Source: Xanthobacteraceae bacterium
GTDB taxonomy: Bacteria > Pseudomonadota > Alphaproteobacteria > Rhizobiales > Xanthobacteraceae
DNA length: 58,697 nt
Assembly: GCA_050725815.1 (NCBI GenBank)
Contig: JBOHIG010000073.1
Location: 1-58,697, forward strand
Reading direction: 5' to 3'
Each line of letters starts with the position of its first letter. The stretch's first letter is position 1. The translations under genes were made by a program, and so were the position numbers. The notes beneath the pieces were generated by a model, which searched no databases, was not told the origin of the DNA, and was given only the letters and a program-made list of their open reading frames with translations. Positions 36,634-46,722 of the stretch are shown in pieces.

Positions 36634-37905
36634 CTATACAATCAGGAAATCGGACCGCGTGATCGCCAGATGTGTCGTCACATTGGCAAATACGACGTGC
36701 GCCATTCCGCCAATCCCATCCACATCGAATAGCAGCTTGCCGGTGCTTGGATTGTAGACGATGCGGTCGCTGGCATCGTGCGCGCTTGTGCCGACGTGAA
36801 ACTTGTCTGTCGACAAGACGCCCGCGGGCAGCCCTTTGAAAAACGAGTTTTCCAATACGAAGATATCGGCGGGAGGTGCGAAGTCGGTGATCGTGTCGAC
36901 ATTGGTCGTGGCACTCAGCGCGGCGCTGAACACGAACTTGTCGTTCCCGGCGCCACCCGTCAGCTTGTCCTTGCCAGCGCCGCCGACAAGAGTATCGGAG
37001 TTGTTGCCCGCGCTAATGGTGTCGTTTCCCCCGACTCCGACAATCGTGTCCCTGCCGGAGGTGCCGAAAAGCTTGTTGGCGGCGCTGTCGCCGAGGATGA
37101 TCTTCAGCCCGCGGGTATCGTTGTCGGCCTCCGCGCTCTCCGCGACCTTCTGCTTGATATCGGCAATGACCCCCAGATAGTAGGTGCCGGGATCGAGGTT
37201 GCCCGGAAGCGTAGGCAGGATGTTTTCCGCTTCCGACTTGCCGGCGCTCAGCGTCCCCTCACCTCGCGTCGCCACGAGCTTGTCGGCGGTGGTGATGGCG
37301 GCGTCCTTGGAAAGATAGAGGCCGGAGGTCGACGCGGCCGCGGTCTTGTTGCCGGTGTTCTCGACCTCGTAGGCGACGGTGCTGCCGTTGAAGACGAAGT
37401 CCGCGATCGACAGGTTGGGACCCGGCGGCAGCAGGTCGAAGTCGCCGTCCAGGTTGGCGACGACCTTGTAGTTGAGATGGGCAGGCAGGTGCGCATCCAC
37501 CTCGACGTCGACATCGACCCGGTTCGACGACGGCACATAGACCTGCGTGAAAAGGAACGAGATATCCTCGACCCAATCGCCAATTCCGGCTTGAAGAAAG
37601 TCCCGGTAGGAAACTGAGGGGGTCCCGTCGCCCACGACGAGCCTGTTGCCGCTCGGGTTGAGTCCCCTCACCTCGTCATAGTGTCCGCTCGAATCCCGTC
37701 CGGCATTGGCGTGGTCCGACGTCCAAAGCACGACGATGCGCTCGCTACCGCCGATCAACTTCGTGCCGTCGAACCGCAAAGTCGCGGTCAGGGTCGCGGC
37801 GAAGAAGATGCCGAAGATTTCGTTCTGCGACGTTATTGGATTGAAATGACTGCCGCTGCCGGTCAGCGCGACCGTCGCGACGTAAGACTTGCTGGTGATG
37901 GCCAT
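36634..37905 (-). CDS. RTX-type calcium-binding secreted protein with a CARDB-like middle domain
   Basis: Five nonapeptide repeats 'GTSGRDTIVGVGGNDTISAGNNSDTLVGGAGKDKLTGGAGNDKFVF'. No N-terminal signal peptide. Lower GC (about 55-58% in sampled lines). Confidence 0.75.
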   Translation of the reverse strand: MAITSKSYVATVALTGSGSHFNPITSQNEIFGIFFAATLTATLRFDGTKLIGGSERIVVLWTSDHANAGRDSSGHYDEVRGLNPSGNRLVVGDGTPSVSYRDFLQAGIGDWVEDISFLFTQVYVPSSNRVDVDVEVDAHLPAHLNYKVVANLDGDFDLLPPGPNLSIADFVFNGSTVAYEVENTGNKTAAASTSGLYLSKDAAITTADKLVATRGEGTLSAGKSEAENILPTLPGNLDPGTYYLGVIADIKQKVAESAEADNDTRGLKIILGDSAANKLFGTSGRDTIVGVGGNDTISAGNNSDTLVGGAGKDKLTGGAGNDKFVFSAALSATTNVDTITDFAPPADIFVLENSFFKGLPAGVLSTDKFHVGTSAHDASDRIVYNPSTGKLLFDVDGIGGMAHVVFANVTTHLAITRSDFLIV

Positions 37906-38016
37906 GATGCCGGGCGCCGGAGGGCGGGATTGGATCAGACCAGAAACATAGTCTGGACGTCGGCTCCCGCTGTCAAGCGCCAGCCGGCGATAGCAGGCTG
38001 GCGCTTGCGCAACCGC

Positions 38017-39621
38017 TCAGATCGTATCGGTCGAATGGATGCGGCGGCCGCCGCCGGCCGCGGCCACGCCCGCTTGGTGGCGGGCGGTGAGCTTGTTGAG
38101 CGCGCCAAGATAGGCCTTGGCGGAAGCAACCAAGGTGTCCGGGTCGGCACCCCTCGCGGTCATGGAGCGGCCGGCCTTGTCGCCGAGCCGAACCGACACT
38201 TCGGCCTGTGCATCGGTGCCCTCGGTCACCGCATGCACCTGATAGAGCTCGAGCGCCGCCTCGTGCGGGATCAGCCGCTTGATGCAGTTGAAGGTCGCAT
38301 CCACGGGCCCGTTGCCGGTCTCCTGCGCGGTCTGGTGCTTGCCGTCGACGTCGAGTGTCAGCGTCGCCGACTGCGGACCCATGGTGCCGGCGATCACGGT
38401 CAGGGAGACGAGCTTGATGCGGTCCTGCGCGGTCGCGATCCTCTCGTCGACGAGCGCCTCGATGTCCTCGTCATAGACGTGTTTCTTGCGGTCGGCGAGC
38501 GCCTTGAAGCGCACGAAGGCGTCCTCGAGCTGATTGCCGGCGAGCTTGTAGCCCAGCTCCTCAAGCTTGCGCGAGAACGCGTGCCGCCCGGAATGCTTGC
38601 CCATCACCAGCGAGGTCTGCTTCACGCCCACGCTCTCCGGCGTCATGATCTCGTAGGTCTGGGTGTGCTTGAGCATGCCGTCCTGGTGGATGCCGCTCTC
38701 ATGCGCGAACGCGTTCCGACCGATGATCGCCTTGTTGTACTGCACCGGGAACGAGGTCACGGCCGACACCAGCTTCGAGGCGCGCGTCAGCATGGTGGCG
38801 TCGACGTTCGTCCAGTACGGCAACACGTCGTTGCGCACCTTCATCGCCATCACGACCTCTTCGAGCGCGGCGTTGCCCGCGCGCTCGCCGATCCCGTTGA
38901 CGGTGCATTCGATCTGCCGGATGCCGGCGCGCACGCCGGCGAGCGAATTCGCCACCGCCATGCCGAGATCGTCGTGGCAATGCGCCGAGAAGCGCGCCTT
39001 GTCGGCGTTCGGCACGCGCTCCCGCAGCATCGCGATGAGCGCGAAATATTCCTCCGGCACGGTGTAGCCGACCGTGTCTGGGATGTTGATCGTGCCGGCG
39101 CCGGCTTTGATCGCGGCCTCGACGCAGCGGCACAGGAAATCGTGCTCGGTGCGGGTGGCATCCTCGGCCGACCACTCGACGTCGTCGGTGTGGTTGCGTG
39201 CGCGCGACACCGAGGAGATCACCATCTCGAGCACCTTCTCGGGCTCGAGCTGGAGCTTCCACTTCATGTGGACCGGCGAGGTCGAGATGAAGGTGTGGAT
39301 ACGTCCGCGCGCGGCCGGCCGGATCGCCTCGCCGCAACGGTCGATGTCCTTCAGCCCGGCGCGGGCGAGGCCGGCGACGACGGCGTTCTTGGTGCGCTTG
39401 GAGATCTCATTGACGGCGAGGAAGTCGCCGTCCGAGGCGATCGGAAATCCGGCCTCGATGATGTCGACGCCCATGGCGTCGAGCACTTCGGCGACCTGGA
39501 GCTTCTCCTCGTGCGTCATGGTGGCGCCGGGACACTGCTCGCCGTCGCGCAAGGTGGTGTCGAAAATGACGACGCGGTCCGCTTCGGACTTGGCTGACGC
39601 GGACTTGGCTGGCGTGGTCAT
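38017..39621 (-). CDS. leuA: 2-isopropylmalate synthase
   Basis: 'VIFDTTLRDGEQCPGATMTHEEKLQVAEVLDAMGVDIIEAGFPIAS...HCHDDLGMAVANSLA'. Confidence 0.95.
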   Translation of the reverse strand: MTTPAKSASAKSEADRVVIFDTTLRDGEQCPGATMTHEEKLQVAEVLDAMGVDIIEAGFPIASDGDFLAVNEISKRTKNAVVAGLARAGLKDIDRCGEAIRPAARGRIHTFISTSPVHMKWKLQLEPEKVLEMVISSVSRARNHTDDVEWSAEDATRTEHDFLCRCVEAAIKAGAGTINIPDTVGYTVPEEYFALIAMLRERVPNADKARFSAHCHDDLGMAVANSLAGVRAGIRQIECTVNGIGERAGNAALEEVVMAMKVRNDVLPYWTNVDATMLTRASKLVSAVTSFPVQYNKAIIGRNAFAHESGIHQDGMLKHTQTYEIMTPESVGVKQTSLVMGKHSGRHAFSRKLEELGYKLAGNQLEDAFVRFKALADRKKHVYDEDIEALVDERIATAQDRIKLVSLTVIAGTMGPQSATLTLDVDGKHQTAQETGNGPVDATFNCIKRLIPHEAALELYQVHAVTEGTDAQAEVSVRLGDKAGRSMTARGADPDTLVASAKAYLGALNKLTARHQAGVAAAGGGRRIHSTDTI

Positions 39622-39734
39622 GGGAATGGGTCCTTTCGTCGCTGGCGCGCCCTTTGGCTGTCAGAGCTTGGGGCGCTCATGGTTCTGCCGGCTTGGCTCC
39701 CCTGAGTGCCCAGGCGCACGCGCCCGTACGGCCC

Positions 39735-39842
39735 TCAGGGGACGCTAAGGAGCAGCAGGAGCCCGCCGACAACGAGGGCAGCGCCCGGCCGGACCGTGTC
39801 GGCCCCCGGGTCGATCGCGCGGAAATCGCGGCTGATCGTCAT
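39735..39842 (-). promoter_or_regulatory. Candidate leucine leader peptide (35 aa, LLLLL run) upstream of leuA
   Basis: Minus strand: GAGGGAAGcg-ATG ... 'MTISRDFRAIDPGADTVRPGAALVVGGLLLLLSVP*'. The stop lies inside the stem CCCCTGAG/CTCAGGGG (39734-41 with 39709-16). Confidence 0.55.
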
Positions 39843-40002
39843 CGCTTCCCTCAATCCAGGCCACCGAAGGTCGCGGATTACGGTGAATTCCGCGTTAACC
39901 CCCATGTAGGACCGCCGCGCTTGTAGCGGAAGAGCGCGGCCCGGCGCAAGTCGATAGGTCCTGCGCGATCGTCCAGCGCCAGCCGCGTGTCCAGCAAGGG
40001 CT

Positions 40003-40938
40003 CTATGAAGACGTTCGGTTCGGCTTGCGGCTTTTGAGACGCTGTTGTGTCCCTTCCGCCAACAGCGTCTCGCGAATCCGCTCCATTTCCTTCAGCGCCG
40101 CGCGGTCGACCTTCGGAAACTTGAGGTCGAGGCGGGTCAGCGCATCCACCATAGCGCGGGCGACGATGATGCGCGCATAGCGCTTGTGGTCGGCGGGCAC
40201 CACGTACCAGGGCGCATAGGGCCGGCTGGTGGCGCAGATCGCCTCCTCATAGGCCGTCATGTACTTTTCCCAGAGCTTGCGCTCGGCGATGTCGCCTTTG
40301 GCGAACTTCCAGCGCTTTCCCGGCTCCTCGATCCGCGCCAGCAGCCGCTGGCGCTGCTCTTCCTTGGAGACGTGCAGGAAGAACTTGAGCACCAGCGTGC
40401 CGTTGCGCGCGAGATGGCGCTCGAAGCCTCGAATGCTTTTGAAACGCTGCTGCCAGATGTCCTTGCCGTTGAGCTTTTCGGGCAGTCGTTGCGGCTCCAG
40501 ATATTCCGGGTGCACTCGCACCACGACCACCTCTTCGTAGTGCGAGCGGTTGAAGATGCCGATGCGTCCGCGCTCGGGCAGCCGCGTCGCCAGCCGCCAG
40601 AGGAAATCGTGGTCGAGTTCCTCCGCGCTCGGCGCCTTGAACGAATGCACCACGCAGCCCTGCGGATCGACCGCGCCCATCACGTGCTCGATGATGCCGT
40701 CCTTGCCGGCGGTGTCCATGCCCTGCAGCACCACCAGCACCGCCCAACGGTTGTCCGCGTAGAGCCGTTCCTGCAGTTCGCCGAGCCGGTCGACATCCTC
40801 GGCAAGCATCGCCTTGGCTTTGTCCTTGTCGAGGTCGAGCCCGCCGTGATCGGCGCAATCGAATGCCGCAAGACGGAAACGCTCGGGATCGTCGATACGA
40901 TACCGATCGATGAATTTAGCGGACGACTTCGCGGGCAT
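40003..40938 (-). CDS. Polyphosphate kinase 2 (PPK2) family protein
   Basis: 'VVLQGMDTAGKDGIIEHVMG...FNRSHYEEVVVVRVH' PPK2 Walker A/lid-like motifs. Confidence 0.85.
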   Translation of the reverse strand: MPAKSSAKFIDRYRIDDPERFRLAAFDCADHGGLDLDKDKAKAMLAEDVDRLGELQERLYADNRWAVLVVLQGMDTAGKDGIIEHVMGAVDPQGCVVHSFKAPSAEELDHDFLWRLATRLPERGRIGIFNRSHYEEVVVVRVHPEYLEPQRLPEKLNGKDIWQQRFKSIRGFERHLARNGTLVLKFFLHVSKEEQRQRLLARIEEPGKRWKFAKGDIAERKLWEKYMTAYEEAICATSRPYAPWYVVPADHKRYARIIVARAMVDALTRLDLKFPKVDRAALKEMERIRETLLAEGTQQRLKSRKPNRTSS

Positions 40939-40973
40939 TGTCGCTGTTCCCAGCTAATAGCGCGAGTGTACCT

Positions 40974-42683
40974 TTAAAGTCCCTTGATCCAACCGGCATC
41001 GATCAGCATCCGGTTGAAACGCCTCGCCTCCGCCCCTCCGGCACAGGTGTAGAATAGCCCGCGGCAACGTCCGAAGATCTTTTTCTGCTCGGCAAAGGTC
41101 GAGTCGAGCGGCAGGCCGGCGGCTTCGAGCAGGATCAGCGGGAGATAAGGCGCCTCCACGTTGTCGATGGCCGACGCCATGGTCGCCGGTTTGTAGTTGA
41201 CGGTGTCGATGGCGTAGTAGGTGGTGAAGTATTTCGGATGGTTCACCATGATCCGTTGTGCCACCTCGGTTGGCTTCAGCGACGGTTCGAGGATGGCGGG
41301 GGCGAAATCCGGCTGGTGATCGCCATAGCGGATCAGCAGGAAGGATTCACCGGGGAAGTCGCGCTTGAGGCGCTCCAGGAATTCCTGATAGTGCCGCATG
41401 CCGAGCGTCTGCCGCCGGAGGTACTCGTCCACGAGCTGCGTGTTGCCCGGGTTCTTCCAGCCGAGCGTGAGCTCGTGCCGCCAGCCGTAATCCCAGGGGT
41501 GATGGTTGGCCGAGAGATAGATGAACATGAACATCGGTCCCCCGGCGCGCTCGCGCGCGAACATGCGGGCGGCCGTATCGTAGTAGTAGTCATCGGGCTC
41601 GATATCGTTGGCGCGCAGCGCGTTCGAGTCGTAGAAGCGCTGCACGCCCGCCGTGCTCTGGAATTTGCGGGCGGACATGAACGCGCCGTAGGCCGGGTAG
41701 AGCGAGAACGTCCGGTACCCGCAGCGGCGCAGCACGCTCGGCAGGCCGCGCGTGACGCGCCCGACGGCAATGCGGGTGACGAAATAGGAGAAACGGCCGA
41801 AGCTGCGCGCCGAGAGGCCGGTCAAGACGTTGTATTCCGTGTACCAGCTCGAACCGCCGGCGGTTTCCACGACGAATTTACGATGCACTCCGTCGAGCGA
41901 GCGGAAGTGGCGTCCGTAGCCCGGCGGTGCGATCACGTTCGGCGCGGTGCGGATGTCGAAGGCGGATTCGTCATGCACCAGGATGATGTGGGGCGGCTTG
42001 GCGGCCGGCTCGCAAGTCGCCTCGGCGGCCGTCCCGAGGCGATCAGGGGTGAAGGCGTCCGACTCCAGAAGCCCGCGCGAAAAGTACTGCCCGACCGCAT
42101 CCACGCCCGAGCGTGCAAAATGCGACACGTGCTTGTCGGGATAGAAGCCGTCGTGCGGATCGAACGGAAACAGCAACGACAAACCGACCAGTCCCGACAG
42201 GGAAACGCCGAAACCGGCGAACGCATGTCTGCGTGACATCCGGAATGGATCGAAGAGCCAGAGCAACGCCAGGATGGGGACCACCACCGCGGCGGTGATC
42301 AGGACATGCACCCCGAGACCGGGAAAGATCGTGAAGAGATAGCGCAGCGCCGCAGGATTGATGATCAGCAGATCGACGAAATCCGCCGTCATCCAGAGCA
42401 CCCGGTACTTGTATTGCGACACCAGGATCAGGACGACGACTATCGTCAGCGACAACGCCGCTGCCGCCGCCGGACGGCGCAGGATTGCAATCCAGGCGAA
42501 ATTGAGCAGGCCCCAGAACAGCAGATACGCGGCGATGTAGGGAAACTCATGGTATTCGATCCGCACCATCACGATCAGGGCGGCGAGGTGGATCAGCGCG
42601 AGCGGGATGATCTGCCAAAAGCGGCGCGGGGCGCGGGAATTGGCGGCCCAGCGGCTGGTCAACACTGGATGGGAGGACGACAT
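40974..42683 (-). CDS. Membrane-anchored sulfatase-like (alkaline-phosphatase superfamily; LtaS/OpgB-like) transferase
   Basis: N-terminal TM bundle, then 'HIILVHDESAFD...GGSSWYTEYNVLTGL...YGDHQP'. ATG 42683 lies inside track ORF 40974..42776. Confidence 0.65.
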   Translation of the reverse strand: MSSSHPVLTSRWAANSRAPRRFWQIIPLALIHLAALIVMVRIEYHEFPYIAAYLLFWGLLNFAWIAILRRPAAAAALSLTIVVVLILVSQYKYRVLWMTADFVDLLIINPAALRYLFTIFPGLGVHVLITAAVVVPILALLWLFDPFRMSRRHAFAGFGVSLSGLVGLSLLFPFDPHDGFYPDKHVSHFARSGVDAVGQYFSRGLLESDAFTPDRLGTAAEATCEPAAKPPHIILVHDESAFDIRTAPNVIAPPGYGRHFRSLDGVHRKFVVETAGGSSWYTEYNVLTGLSARSFGRFSYFVTRIAVGRVTRGLPSVLRRCGYRTFSLYPAYGAFMSARKFQSTAGVQRFYDSNALRANDIEPDDYYYDTAARMFARERAGGPMFMFIYLSANHHPWDYGWRHELTLGWKNPGNTQLVDEYLRRQTLGMRHYQEFLERLKRDFPGESFLLIRYGDHQPDFAPAILEPSLKPTEVAQRIMVNHPKYFTTYYAIDTVNYKPATMASAIDNVEAPYLPLILLEAAGLPLDSTFAEQKKIFGRCRGLFYTCAGGAEARRFNRMLIDAGWIKGL

Positions 42684-42876
42684 GGCTACGTGCTCATGCC
42701 CGGCAATGACCCACCCCGTTCCGGCGCATGGAGCGTCCGCATTAGAAATGCAACAATTGTGTCTTTGCAAGGACACAAAATAGTCACGGCCCGATCAATG
42801 AACGCCCGGCGACGAACATGGTTTCCGGGGTGGCAACATAAGTTTACGGTGCGGTTATGCGCTACCGGCTGACTCC

Positions 42877-43662
42877 ATGACCGGCGAACCCGCAGCCATT
42901 TCGTTCGCAGGCGTCCGCAAGACCTATGGAGGGGGGCCCCGGCCGGCGCTCGACGGCGTTTCGCTGGAGGTCGCAAGGCGCGAATTCCTCGCCATCGTCG
43001 GCCAATCGGGGTCGGGCAAGACCACCCTGTTGCGGCTGATCAACCGGCTGGCCGAACCGACCGGAGGGACGGTCCGCGTCGGTGGCGAGGACGTGAGTGC
43101 GCTCGACCCGATCGCGCTGCGCCGGCGCATCGGCTACGTGTTCCAGGGGGTGGGGCTGTTCCCCCACATGACGGTCGAGGAGAACATCGCCATCACCCCT
43201 CGCTTGCTCGGCTTTGCCGAAGATCGCATCGCCGCCCGTGTCGCCGACCTCATCGACCTCGTTCGCCTCGATCGTACGGCGCACCCACACCGTTTCCCGC
43301 ACCAGCTTTCCGGCGGCGAACGCCAACGGGTCGGGGTCGCCCGCGCGCTGGCGGCCGAACCTGCGATCGTGCTGATGGACGAACCGTTCGGCGCGCTCGA
43401 TCCCCTGACCCGCGATGGGCTGAGCCAGGACTACCGGCGGCTGCACGACCAGCTCGGGCTGACCACGGTGATGATCACCCACGACATGCTCGAAGCGCTG
43501 CTGCTCGCCGACCGGATCGCGGTGCTGCACGAGGGCCGGATGATCGCCGTGGGCACGCCCGCGGCCCTGCTGGGGCGTCCGGGCGACGACCTCGTCGGCG
43601 AACTGATGCAGACCCCGCGCCGGCAGGCGGAGCGGCTCAACGCGCTGAAAGCCGCGCCATGA
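42877..43662 (+). CDS. ABC transporter ATP-binding protein (osmoprotectant/quaternary-amine Opu-type)
   Basis: 'GQSGSGKTT' Walker A, 'LSGGERQRVGVARAL' signature, 'VLMDEPFGALD' Walker B. Confidence 0.9.
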   Translation: MTGEPAAISFAGVRKTYGGGPRPALDGVSLEVARREFLAIVGQSGSGKTTLLRLINRLAEPTGGTVRVGGEDVSALDPIALRRRIGYVFQGVGLFPHMTVEENIAITPRLLGFAEDRIAARVADLIDLVRLDRTAHPHRFPHQLSGGERQRVGVARALAAEPAIVLMDEPFGALDPLTRDGLSQDYRRLHDQLGLTTVMITHDMLEALLLADRIAVLHEGRMIAVGTPAALLGRPGDDLVGELMQTPRRQAERLNALKAAP

Positions 43663-45236
43663 TGGCCGCGCTCGATCCGCGCGTCGCCGATGCGTTCGCG
43701 CGCTTGCCCGACTATCTCGGCGGCCACGTCGTGGTGAGCATGACGGCGCTTGCGCTTGGGCTCGCGGTAAGCCTGCCGCTCGCGCTTGCCTCGATCCACC
43801 GCCCGGCGCTGCGCCGCATTCTGCTGACGCTTGCGAGTATCGTGCAGACGATCCCGGGGCTTGCACTGCTCGCGCTGTTCTATCCGTTGCTGCTGGCCCT
43901 GACGGCGCTGACGGAGCGAATATTAGGCCTCGGATTCCCGGCGCTCGGCTTCCTGCCCTCGGTGCTGGCGCTTGCGCTCTACAGCATGCTGCCGGTGCTG
44001 CGGAATACCATCGCCGGCCTGCAAGGCATCGACCCGGCGATCGGCGAGGCGGCGCTCGGTGTCGGCATGACGCGGCGGCAATCGCTCACCATGGTGGAGC
44101 TGCCGCTTGCGCTGCCTGTAATCATGGCGGGCATCCGCACTGCGGCTGTCTGGGTGATCGGCACGGCGACACTGTCGACTCCGATCGGCCAGACCAGCCT
44201 CGGCAACTACATCTTCACCGGTTTGCAAACGCAGAATTGGGTGTTCGTGCTGTTCGGTTGCGTAGCGACGGCGCTGCTGGCGCTCGCCGTCGATCAGCTC
44301 CTGTCGCTGATCGAATCCGGCGTCGGCGCACGCAGCCGAAGACGCGTTGCCTTCGGGCTCGCCGGATTGGCGCTGCTCGTCGGCGGCGCACTTGCGCCTT
44401 CGCTGGCGCGGCCCGGCGCGAATTATACCATCGGCGCCAAGCCGTTTGCCGAGCAATACATCCTCGCCAACCTGATCCAGGACCGGCTGGCCGCAGCGGG
44501 ACTCACCGCGAGCCGGCGCGACGGGCTCGGTTCAAGCGTCATTTTCGGCGCGCTCAAGAGTAGCGACATCGATGCTTATGTCGATTATTCCGGCACGATC
44601 TGGGTCAACGAGATGGGCCGCCGCGACGTGAAGCCGCGCGGGGAGGTGCTGCGCGAAGTCGCAGCCTGGCTCAGGAAGCAGCACGGCATCACGATGGTCG
44701 GCGGGCTCGGCTTCGAGAATGCCTATGCGCTCGCCGTCTCCCGTCCGCTTGCGCAGCAGCTCAAGCTGCGAACCATCGCCGACCTTGCGCCCCATGCATC
44801 GCGGCTGTCGATCGCGGGCGACTACGAATTCTTCGGGCGGCCGGAATGGGCGGCGATCCGCAAGGCCTACGGTCTCTCCTTCCGCAGCGAGCGCACCATG
44901 CAGCAGGAGTTCATCTATCCCGCGGTCGCAGCGGGGGAGATCGACGTCATCGCCGCATACACCAGCGACGGGCGCATCGCGCGCCACGATCTGGTCGTGC
45001 TGGAGGATCCGAAGCAGGCCATCCCGCCCTACGACGCGATCCTGCTCGTGTCACCGAAGCGGGCGAACGACGGCACGCTGATCAAGGCTTTGCGTCCGCT
45101 CGTCGACGCCATCGATGTCGCGGCGATGCGCGCGGCAAACCTGCGGGCCGCGGGCGCGGGCGCCTCCCCCCGCGACGCCGCTCGCTGGCTATGGAGCGAA
45201 ATCAAGCGAACCCGGCAACAAAAGAAGGCGCCCTGA
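43659..45236 (+). CDS. ABC permease fused to a glycine-betaine/choline-type substrate-binding domain
   Basis: ATGA overlap with the ATPase gene. N-terminal permease segments, then an SBP-like half ('DAYVDYSGTIW...YDAILLVS'). Confidence 0.8.
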   Translation: MMAALDPRVADAFARLPDYLGGHVVVSMTALALGLAVSLPLALASIHRPALRRILLTLASIVQTIPGLALLALFYPLLLALTALTERILGLGFPALGFLPSVLALALYSMLPVLRNTIAGLQGIDPAIGEAALGVGMTRRQSLTMVELPLALPVIMAGIRTAAVWVIGTATLSTPIGQTSLGNYIFTGLQTQNWVFVLFGCVATALLALAVDQLLSLIESGVGARSRRRVAFGLAGLALLVGGALAPSLARPGANYTIGAKPFAEQYILANLIQDRLAAAGLTASRRDGLGSSVIFGALKSSDIDAYVDYSGTIWVNEMGRRDVKPRGEVLREVAAWLRKQHGITMVGGLGFENAYALAVSRPLAQQLKLRTIADLAPHASRLSIAGDYEFFGRPEWAAIRKAYGLSFRSERTMQQEFIYPAVAAGEIDVIAAYTSDGRIARHDLVVLEDPKQAIPPYDAILLVSPKRANDGTLIKALRPLVDAIDVAAMRAANLRAAGAGASPRDAARWLWSEIKRTRQQKKAP

Positions 45237-45270
45237 CGGACGCCTTCTGTCAAAAGGAAGCCGGGTCGAC

Positions 45271-46293
45271 TCAATTGAACCCGAGTGTTTCCTTCAATTC
45301 GGCGATGACCGGCTTCGGAGTGGCATAAGCTTCCGCAGTGATGCGCTGCAGTTCCTCGCCCTTGACCAGCTCGACGGGAGTACGGAGCTTCTTGGCCATG
45401 GCCTTGAATTCCGCGCTTGCCATCATGCTCTCGAACGCCTTTCGCAATGTTGCGACACGCGCCTTCGGCGTCCCGGGCGGAACCCAGAAGCCCATGCCGA
45501 TTCTGTTGGCGGCCTCCAGGAAGGTGATCATCTGCTTCGTCTTCTCGTCTTTCACGAGGCTCTTCAGGCTCGGGACGTCGGGCAGCTCCTTGATGGGCGG
45601 CCCATACTGGACGAAGTGGATCAGCTTTTTGTCGCGCAGCCAGTTGGGCTTTCCGGCGGTCCAGCCCGACCAGTACTGCATGCGGCCGTGCACCTCACCC
45701 TGCTCCATCGCCTGATTGATCTCGGCGCCGCCTTTGTAGCCCATGACGATCTTGAACTTGGTTCCCAGCGTGCGGTTCATCAGGGTCGGAACCAGGAAGG
45801 TCTCCGAGCCCTTGCCAGAGGACCCGACGATCACTTCTTTCTGCTTGGCCTCGGCAAGGGTCTTGGCCGGCGTCGATTCCTTCCAAACCGAGATGACCGC
45901 GGGGCGCGGCACCAGCGATCCGATCCACTGGAATTTCGAGCCGTCGAACTTGACGTTACGCAGCAGCGGGAGCGTTACGGAGGGCGCGAGCACTTCCGCG
46001 ATGTAGGTGCCGTCTTTCGGCGCAACCGTATAGGCATGCGCCGCGCCAACCGCACCGCCCGCGCCCGGGCGCGATTCGATGATGACGTTGGGATTGCCGG
46101 GGATGTGCTTGCCGAGGAGATCGACCACCATCCGGCCGTAAAGGCCGAGCGTGGCCCCCAGGCTGGACGGAATCATCACGGTGACGGTCTTGCCGCGAAA
46201 GAAGTCCGCCTCGTCGGCCGAGGAGGCGGGCGTACAGGTGGCGGCCAGCGCTGCGACTCCAGCGATGGCCGCGAGAGCTTTGCGATAGAGCAT
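45271..46293 (-). CDS. Bug/TctC-family periplasmic solute-binding protein (orphan)
   Basis: Internal ATG 46293: 'MLYRKALAAIAGVAALAATCTPASSADEADFFRGKTVTVMIPSS...IIESRPGAGG'. Confidence 0.85.
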   Translation of the reverse strand: MLYRKALAAIAGVAALAATCTPASSADEADFFRGKTVTVMIPSSLGATLGLYGRMVVDLLGKHIPGNPNVIIESRPGAGGAVGAAHAYTVAPKDGTYIAEVLAPSVTLPLLRNVKFDGSKFQWIGSLVPRPAVISVWKESTPAKTLAEAKQKEVIVGSSGKGSETFLVPTLMNRTLGTKFKIVMGYKGGAEINQAMEQGEVHGRMQYWSGWTAGKPNWLRDKKLIHFVQYGPPIKELPDVPSLKSLVKDEKTKQMITFLEAANRIGMGFWVPPGTPKARVATLRKAFESMMASAEFKAMAKKLRTPVELVKGEELQRITAEAYATPKPVIAELKETLGFN

Positions 46294-46722
46294 TTTACGT
46301 CTCCCTAGGAAGCGGCATTCGTTGTTGTGCGCAATACTGCGATGGAAGCCGGACCGGCAGAAGGGGCGAAGGGAGGACCAATTGGCGCAGTGCCACGCCT
46401 GATCAAGCCCGCTCCAATCGGCGTTCTGCCCGAGCGCATAGCACAGGCGCAGCGACATCGCGGCTATTGCACCCCGCGTTTCGTCCCAAATGGTGGAATA
46501 CGCTGCGTTATTTTCGCCGGATGGCGCTCCCCCAATACCGGTGCGACGCAAGCAGGAGGCACCGTCATCCCATTTGGATGACGATATGGGACCAGCGGCA
46601 ATTTTTCACACGTCACGGCCGGCGGATTGCTGGAGGTCGGGAGCTCGGCCCGCTGCGCGCCGGCGGAAAGCAATGCGCGCCCGCCATCGGCGAGCGCGAT
46701 TGAAAACAAAGGCTCGGCCGCC

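Noticed and set aside
37681-39597. 638-aa plus-strand ORF opposite leuA; likewise 54316..56229 (+) and 54314..56233 (-) around ilvI, 49772..51196 (-) opposite MBOAT-2, and 42862..43866 (-) opposite the ABC ATPase
   Set aside because: All overlap well-supported genes in another frame or strand and lack recognisable motifs.
46294-46722. 430-nt spacer between the Bug and PEBP genes containing ORFs of 78-123 aa and a hairpin CGTCATCC-cattt-GGATGACG
   Set aside because: The ORFs have shadow-like composition. The hairpin alone is not enough to call an RNA gene or mobile element.
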